In this document: in pieces, positions 30,353 through 35,562 of the stretch
Layout of the letters: each line of letters begins with the position of its first letter
How positions within the stretch are numbered: position 1 is the stretch's first letter
Virus record (IMG/VR): IMGVR_UViG_3300045988_033250
Coordinates: 1 to 35,562 of that record
Source of the DNA: a virus
Length of the DNA stretch: 35,562 nucleotides
Strand: one strand, 5' to 3'
The notes under the pieces: generated by a model
Seen by the model: the letters and a program-made list of their open reading frames with translations, nothing else
Database searches by the model: none
Told to the model about the DNA's origin: nothing
Translations under genes and position numbers: made by a program

Positions 30353-32782
30353 ATGGCATTAGGTGGAACAATAAAACTTCAAGGTGAGAGTGAATACAGG
30401 CGTGCATTGAGAGAAATTACACAGAATTTGCGTGAAGTATCTTCCGAAATGAAGATTGTCACGAGTACGTATGACAAAAACGACACAAGCACCGATGCAT
30501 TGACAGCCAAGAGTGACGTGCTTAACAAACGTCTTGAAGAGCAGAAATCGAAGCTGAAACTTGTCTCTGACCAGTACAAGGAATATTGGGAAGCTGTTAA
30601 GCAGTCAGCAAATGAGCATATACAACTCGGTGAAAAGCTTGAAGATGCAAAGGGAAAGCTTGCAAGCATCGAAGCACAGTCTGGTAAAAATACCAAAGAA
30701 TACGAAGAACAGAAAAAGGTAGTTGATGAACTTCAAAAGCAGTATGACGAAAGTACAACGGCTCAGGACAACAACAAGAAATCACTATCACAGCTTGCAG
30801 TGCAGATGAACAATGCAAAAGCCGATGTTATCAAGACAACAAAAGAGATTGACAATCTCGGCAAAGAATCTGATGGAAGTGCAAAACAGGTTGATGATTT
30901 ATCGAAGAAGATGGGTGATGCTGATGGTGCATCAAAAAACCTTAACGATGGTTTCACAGTACTCAAAGGCACAATGGCTAATCTCGCATCACAGGCAATC
31001 AGCAAGGTTGTTGATGGATTCAAGTCGCTTGTAGGCGGTTCGGTGGACTATCAGAAGTCAATGGAGTACTACACGACATCGTTTACTGTCATGACAGGTT
31101 CAGCAGACAAGGCAAGCGAGACGGTTAAGAAACTTGCTGACATTGGAGCAAAAACGCCATTTGATATGCCACAGCTTGCAGATGCAACATCTTTGCTGAT
31201 GAACTATGGCTTTAGTGCTGATGATGCAGTTGACAGCATGATGATGCTTGGCGATATTTCACAGGGAAATGCGGACAAGCTGGACACTATTTCGAGAGCA
31301 TATGGGAAAATGAGCTCAGCGCAGAAAGTATCGCTTGAAGACATAAACATGATGATTGATGCAGGATTCAACCCGTTACAGGAAATCTCAGAACATACTG
31401 GAGAAAGTATGCAAAGCCTTTATGACAGAATATCACACGGCAAAATGTCTGTGGATGAGATCACAGAGTCTATGAAGAGATCAACATCTGAAGGTGGCAA
31501 ATACTTTAAGTCGATGGATGCACAGTCTCAGACATTGGATGGCAGACTTTCGACATTGAGTGATACGATCAATTCCAAACTTGGTGAAGCATTACAGCCG
31601 ATTCTGAAAAAAGCCTCTGATGAATGGATTCCAAACATCACAAATGCAATCGACAATATGGATATTGATTCTGTCGTTTCTGTCATTGATGATCTTATTT
31701 CTGGCGTTGGTGATTTATTCGGATTCATCATGGACAATGGCGATACGATTATTTCTCTTGTTGCAGGAATCGGAACGGCAATGATGGTATGGAACGTTGC
31801 AAGCATGATTAACGGTGTGGTTGGAGCAGTTAAAGCATTTCAGGTGGCTAATGAAGGTGCATCTGTTGCACAGGCATTATTGAATGGTGTCATGAACGCC
31901 AATCCGATTATGCTCGTTGCAACGTTGCTTGCAGGACTAATAGCAACAATTGTCACATTATGGAACACCAACGAGGGATTCCGCAATGCTGTCATAAGTG
32001 TGTGGAATGCATTCAAGGACACTGTCGGAAATGTAATCACGGCAGTTGGTGGATTCATAGACAACCTCATATCGTGGTTTCAGGCTCTTCCTGGGCGTAT
32101 TGGCACATTCCTTGGTAATGTTATAAGCAACGTACAGAATTGGGCTTCTAACATGGTTTCTAGGGCTTTTGAGACAGGTTCTAGATTTGTCAATGGTGTT
32201 GTATCATTCATTCGTGGTCTTCCGTCTGCTGTATGGAATTGGCTGTCAAGTACATTGAATAACGCATGGAATTTTGCGAGACAGTTGGCACAAGCAGGAG
32301 CAAATGCAGCATCTGGGCTTGTAAATAACATCATCGGGAAAATCAGAAGTCTTCCAGGTCAGTTGTATAACTGGGGTGTTGACATGGTTAAGGGCATTGC
32401 AAATGGTATCAGAAATGCGATCCATCATGTCACAAGTGCGGTGACTGATGTTGCAAATAAAATCAAGTCATTTCTTCATTTCTCAAGACCTGATGAAGGA
32501 CCTCTTGCTGAATACGAAAGTTGGATGCCTGACATGGTCGAGGGATTGAGTGATTCTTTAAGAAAAGCTAGTCCAGAACTTATCAGCCAGACAGAAGCAT
32601 TGGCGAGTGGAATGTCTGACGCATTCAATGCTAATGGTGGCGTTTCGACAACTGGTGGAAGAAGCTACGATTATATGGTTGAGGCATTCAAGGATGCACT
32701 ATCACAGGTCAAAATCGAGATGGACGATGAAGAGATGGGGCATTTCGTCGATAAAACAGTTACAAAACTTATTTATGATTAA
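30353..32782 (+). CDS. Tape measure protein
   Basis: 809 aa with coiled-coil N-terminal part, TP901-type core (GAKTPFDMPQLADATSLLMNYGF...GNADKLDTISRAYGKM) and hydrophobic Gly/Ala-rich segments. Confidence 0.92.
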   Translation: MALGGTIKLQGESEYRRALREITQNLREVSSEMKIVTSTYDKNDTSTDALTAKSDVLNKRLEEQKSKLKLVSDQYKEYWEAVKQSANEHIQLGEKLEDAKGKLASIEAQSGKNTKEYEEQKKVVDELQKQYDESTTAQDNNKKSLSQLAVQMNNAKADVIKTTKEIDNLGKESDGSAKQVDDLSKKMGDADGASKNLNDGFTVLKGTMANLASQAISKVVDGFKSLVGGSVDYQKSMEYYTTSFTVMTGSADKASETVKKLADIGAKTPFDMPQLADATSLLMNYGFSADDAVDSMMMLGDISQGNADKLDTISRAYGKMSSAQKVSLEDINMMIDAGFNPLQEISEHTGESMQSLYDRISHGKMSVDEITESMKRSTSEGGKYFKSMDAQSQTLDGRLSTLSDTINSKLGEALQPILKKASDEWIPNITNAIDNMDIDSVVSVIDDLISGVGDLFGFIMDNGDTIISLVAGIGTAMMVWNVASMINGVVGAVKAFQVANEGASVAQALLNGVMNANPIMLVATLLAGLIATIVTLWNTNEGFRNAVISVWNAFKDTVGNVITAVGGFIDNLISWFQALPGRIGTFLGNVISNVQNWASNMVSRAFETGSRFVNGVVSFIRGLPSAVWNWLSSTLNNAWNFARQLAQAGANAASGLVNNIIGKIRSLPGQLYNWGVDMVKGIANGIRNAIHHVTSAVTDVANKIKSFLHFSRPDEGPLAEYESWMPDMVEGLSDSLRKASPELISQTEALASGMSDAFNANGGVSTTGGRSYDYMVEAFKDALSQVKIEMDDEEMGHFVDKTVTKLIYD

Positions 32783-32794
32783 GGAGGTGAAAAT

Positions 32795-33496
32795 ATGAGA
32801 AATTACGTTATTCAAAATGGACTTGACAGCCGATATTTAAAAGGATTGCTGATTCAGGAATTGCCACCGATTACAAAACCATTGATGCGAACGAGTATTG
32901 AGCAGATAGATGGGCGTGACGGTGATGTGATCACAAGACTTGGATACTCCGCTTACGATAAAAAAATGAAAATCGGTCTGTTCGGAGACTATGATATTGA
33001 TGATATTATTACGTTTTTCAATTCAAGTGGAACGGTCACGTTTTCAAACGAACCAGAAAAACACTACATATACGATATTCTTGATGCTGTCGATTATGAG
33101 CGCCTCATGAGGTTCAGAACAGCTGAGATCACGTATCATGTACAGCCGTTTAAATACAGCAATATCGAGAAACTGAAGGCGTTCAGCAATCCGACAAGTG
33201 CTATCACAGTTAGAAATAACGGCAATTATGTATCAAAGCCAGTCATTCATATCAAAGGAACAGGGATTATCAATCTGTCGTTGAATGATATGCAGTTGTT
33301 CAGAATTGATATGAGCGCATCAAATTCAATCACTATAGACACAGGAAGACTTGAGGCGTACAATGATGGTGTATTGATGAACCGATACGTTGTCGGAAAT
33401 TACGATAACTTTGTGCTGAAAGTAGGGTCTAACTCCGTGTCATGGGATGGAGCATTGACATATATAGCGTTTGAAAAACAGTCGAGGTGGATATGA
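32795..33496 (+). CDS. Distal tail protein (Dit, Sipho_tail family)
   Basis: 233 aa directly after the tape measure gene. Pattern IDGRDGDV...GYSAYDKKMKI...FSNEPEKHY...NNGNYVSKPVIHIKG. Confidence 0.75.
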   Translation: MRNYVIQNGLDSRYLKGLLIQELPPITKPLMRTSIEQIDGRDGDVITRLGYSAYDKKMKIGLFGDYDIDDIITFFNSSGTVTFSNEPEKHYIYDILDAVDYERLMRFRTAEITYHVQPFKYSNIEKLKAFSNPTSAITVRNNGNYVSKPVIHIKGTGIINLSLNDMQLFRIDMSASNSITIDTGRLEAYNDGVLMNRYVVGNYDNFVLKVGSNSVSWDGALTYIAFEKQSRWI

Positions 33497-33843
33497 TGGA
33501 AAAGACGAATCTTGAAATGATCAGAGGCGACACATTGGCATTTGCTTTCGAGGTTGAGTATGACGAAGCCTTGCAAAAACTGGACAGTGCATACTTCACA
33601 TGCAAAGAGAACTTTGATGATGATGCACCGATATTCAAAAAGTCGCTAGAACATGGTATCACATTCGCAAAGCAGGAAGATGGAAAGCTGTACTATGTAG
33701 TACGTGTTGCTCCTGAAGATACGGTAAGTGTTGAGCCGGGGCATTATTATTACGATTTGCAAATTGGCATCAATGGCGATGTGTTCTCAATACTGATTGG
33801 CTCGTTAAAAATTCATAACGATGTAACGATAGGGGTGAACTAA
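33493..33843 (+). CDS. Small beta-rich tail accessory protein (paralog of 34060-34413)
   Basis: MIRGDTLAFAFEV...PEDT...PGHYYYDLQI...GSLKIHNDVT is shared with the 34060 ORF (MPRGDIRNIHFTV...PEDT...YGTYYYDIEL...GKLIITEEVT). Confidence 0.65.
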   Translation: MMEKTNLEMIRGDTLAFAFEVEYDEALQKLDSAYFTCKENFDDDAPIFKKSLEHGITFAKQEDGKLYYVVRVAPEDTVSVEPGHYYYDLQIGINGDVFSILIGSLKIHNDVTIGVN

Positions 33844-33844
33844 T

Positions 33845-34051
33845 ATGAACGATTTTTTCAAAAAACCGCTTGTGAAAATACTTATGCTTAAAGGCGAAAA
33901 GGGTGACAAAGGCGACAAAGGGGAAGGAATTCCTGCAGGTGGTTCAACAGGACAGTTTTTGAAAAAGAAAAGCAACACTAATTATGCATACGAGTGGGCT
34001 GATATTGCTCTTATTTTAAACACTGACATTGATGCTATTACGAAAGGGTAG
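33845..34051 (+). CDS. Small fibre-associated protein with short collagen-like Gly-X-Y stretch
   Basis: GEKGDKGDKGEG followed by GGSTGQFLKKKSNTNYAYEWAD, a motif common in phage fibre and upper baseplate proteins. Confidence 0.6.
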   Translation: MNDFFKKPLVKILMLKGEKGDKGDKGEGIPAGGSTGQFLKKKSNTNYAYEWADIALILNTDIDAITKG

Positions 34052-34059
34052 GTGATGAC

Positions 34060-34413
34060 ATGGAACATATTAAAATGCCTAGAGGGGACATTAGAAATAT
34101 TCATTTTACCGTTCGTGATGCAAACGATACAGAGGTAAGCAAAGAATTCACTCAAATTACTTTTACGGTGAAAGCAAATACATCAGCGAGAAAAATTATC
34201 ATCCAGAAAAAACTGACTGATGGAACGATAACTAAAAGCGGAAATGTATATTCATTCTCAATCATGCCAGAAGATACAGACGACATTGAGTATGGAACTT
34301 ATTATTATGACATTGAGCTTATCAGAGGCGACAAAATACATCAGACGTTTATAGGCAAGCTGATTATCACGGAAGAAGTCACGTTCGCATGTGATACCGA
34401 AAAAGGAGTTTAA
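34060..34413 (+). CDS. Small beta-rich tail accessory protein (paralog of 33493-33843)
   Basis: See the paralog alignment above. Confidence 0.65.
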   Translation: MEHIKMPRGDIRNIHFTVRDANDTEVSKEFTQITFTVKANTSARKIIIQKKLTDGTITKSGNVYSFSIMPEDTDDIEYGTYYYDIELIRGDKIHQTFIGKLIITEEVTFACDTEKGV

Positions 34414-34416
34414 AGC

Positions 34417-34746
34417 ATGGATGATTTTAAAATTATCATGCTTGCTGATGATGATTACTTAACCGTAAAAATGGATAGCGTTTCAGTTATTGGGACAGAC
34501 GATTATAACGAATTAGAAAATATTCCTAAGATCAACAATGTTGATGTAAAAGGGAACAAAACGCTTGCAGACTATGATATTGAGAGTGCAAGCGAAGCAA
34601 AAAAAGAATTTGAAAATTTGAACAGCGAAATAAACATACATACAAGAAATGCAGATATGCACGTATCACGTACAGACAGGATGAAATGGGACAGTGGTAC
34701 GACGTATACTATTAGTAAAGAAAATCTGATTATAGGAGGAAAATAA
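34417..34746 (+). CDS. Tail fibre-associated protein
   Basis: DYNELENIPKINNVDVKGNKTLADYDI resembles the Y..L.nkP.ingv.l.G motif of phage fibre proteins. Confidence 0.55.
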   Translation: MDDFKIIMLADDDYLTVKMDSVSVIGTDDYNELENIPKINNVDVKGNKTLADYDIESASEAKKEFENLNSEINIHTRNADMHVSRTDRMKWDSGTTYTISKENLIIGGK

Positions 34747-34748
34747 AA

Positions 34749-35327
34749 ATGGCAGATATTTCAGAAATTACATTACCTAGTGGAGTCACTTACGACATCA
34801 AAGACGCAACAGCAAGAAATGAAATTAGTATTCTCAAAGGCTCTGCAACAGGTGCTATGCATTACGCAGGAGTTACAACAACAAAACTTGAAAATGGTTC
34901 TAGCACATCACCAATCAAAATCAATGAAGCAGATTATACGCCATCAAACGGTGACGTTGTAATTTACGGACAGCTTGAATTTGTATGGTCTACATCAGAC
35001 AAAAAGTGGCACGAGTTTGGTAGTACAGGCAGTCTCAAGGGACTGGCATTCAAGGATTCTGCGAGTGCATCATATACACCAGCAGGTTCAGTTTCCGCAC
35101 CGACTGTTTCGGTTGCTGTAAATACAGCGAGTGTTACGCCTATCACTGGTGTAGGCACATTGCCAAGTTTCACGGCATCGGTTTCAAATGAGACTCTAAC
35201 ACTTGGATTCTCAGCAGGAACTTTGCCAACAAAAGGAACAAATGTAACGGTTGCAACAGGCATTAAGTCTGCTAGTGCATCAGCACCAGCGTTTACAGGA
35301 ACAAGCGCAACGATTACAACAAAATAA
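34749..35327 (+). CDS. Tail fibre protein (Ser/Thr/Ala-rich C-terminal half)
   Basis: The N-terminus MADISEITLPSGVTYDIKDATARNEI is shared with the next gene. The C-terminal half is low-complexity, with repeated TP.G..S.P / P.FT motifs. Confidence 0.65.
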   Translation: MADISEITLPSGVTYDIKDATARNEISILKGSATGAMHYAGVTTTKLENGSSTSPIKINEADYTPSNGDVVIYGQLEFVWSTSDKKWHEFGSTGSLKGLAFKDSASASYTPAGSVSAPTVSVAVNTASVTPITGVGTLPSFTASVSNETLTLGFSAGTLPTKGTNVTVATGIKSASASAPAFTGTSATITTK

Positions 35328-35341
35328 AGGGGGTTGATTGA

Positions 35342-35562
35342 ATGGCTGATATATCAAGTTTGAAAGTCCCTAGTGGAGCAACATACATGCTAAAGGATTC
35401 CACAGCCAGAAGCCATATAAGCAATAAAAGCAATCCACATGGAGTCACAAAATCACAAGTAGGTCTAGGCAATGTTGCAAACTATGATCAGTCAAAAGCA
35501 ATAACAGACATTATAAGATCAGGAGCGACATTTACGGCAACGGCACTAGACGGAACAACGTT
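35342..35562 (+). CDS. 5' part of wrap-around tail-fibre-like gene (continues at base 56 to stop 117-119)
   Basis: MADISSLKVPSGATYMLKDSTARSHISNKSNPHGVTKSQVGLGNVANYDQSKAI... RBS GGGGG. The motif KSQVGLGNV.NY is typical of fibre proteins. Confidence 0.8.
   Translation, partial: MADISSLKVPSGATYMLKDSTARSHISNKSNPHGVTKSQVGLGNVANYDQSKAITDIIRSGATFTATALDGTT
35508..35562. repeat. Right copy of exact 55-bp terminal overlap (identical to 1-55)
   Basis: Direct comparison of the two ends shows 55 of 55 identical bases. Confidence 0.95.

Noticed and set aside
33845-34051. Collagen-like protein or triple-helix fibre call for the 68-aa ORF.
   Set aside because: Only four consecutive Gly-X-Y triplets are present, too short to call a collagen domain. 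It is noted only as a short motif.

Overview
The window is a complete, circularly closed temperate tailed-phage genome (siphovirus-type, HK97-fold head). The host is probably a low-GC Gram-positive (Firmicutes/Clostridia-like) bacterium. Bases 1-55 repeat exactly at 35508-35562, so the unique length is 35,507 bp and one tail-fibre gene wraps across the window ends. Nearly all genes are on the + strand. The exceptions are the lysogeny pair: a large serine recombinase (4362-5696) and an XRE/CI-like repressor (5872-6213). Gene order is as follows. (1) Receptor-binding and baseplate genes, then terminators and a candidate attP. (2) Integrase and repressor, facing a divergent Cro-like gene. (3) Recombination module: ERF annealing protein, PD-(D/E)XK exonuclease, free-standing HNH homing endonuclease, SSB, Ref-like protein, DUF1064. 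(4) Replication module: DnaD-like organizer with internal iterons, three inserted small genes, DnaC-like loader. (5) About 5 kb of small accessory genes, including Dam methylase, two tiny membrane peptides and an AbrB-like protein. (6) Lysis cassette: holin, XhlA-like protein, GH25/CW_7/LysM endolysin. (7) Packaging HNH and a candidate cos region. (8) A 5'-truncated, frameshifted glf (UDP-galactopyranose mutase) remnant. (9) TerS (P27 type), TerL, portal, ClpP-like protease, HK97 capsid and connectors, interrupted by a GIY-YIG homing endonuclease. (10) Major tail protein, G/GT chaperone with a -1 slippery site, tape measure, Dit, a seven-gene fibre cassette, and Tal. Several non-coding or unexplained signals deserve follow-up. 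A ~130-nt structured leader with alternative pairings, complementary loops and an intrinsic terminator sits directly upstream of the replication organizer. 22-bp-phased iterons inside that gene are read in three different frames. A ~33-nt element (GTTTCAAAAAGAAAC...GAAAAATGT) occurs six times at module boundaries, three times fused to near-consensus promoters. A 137-nt strand-specific long hairpin RNA lies next to two small hydrophobic peptides and an AbrB-like gene. Two adjacent early genes each carry one in-frame stop codon. No CRISPR array, tRNA, rRNA, reverse transcriptase or transposase was recognised.
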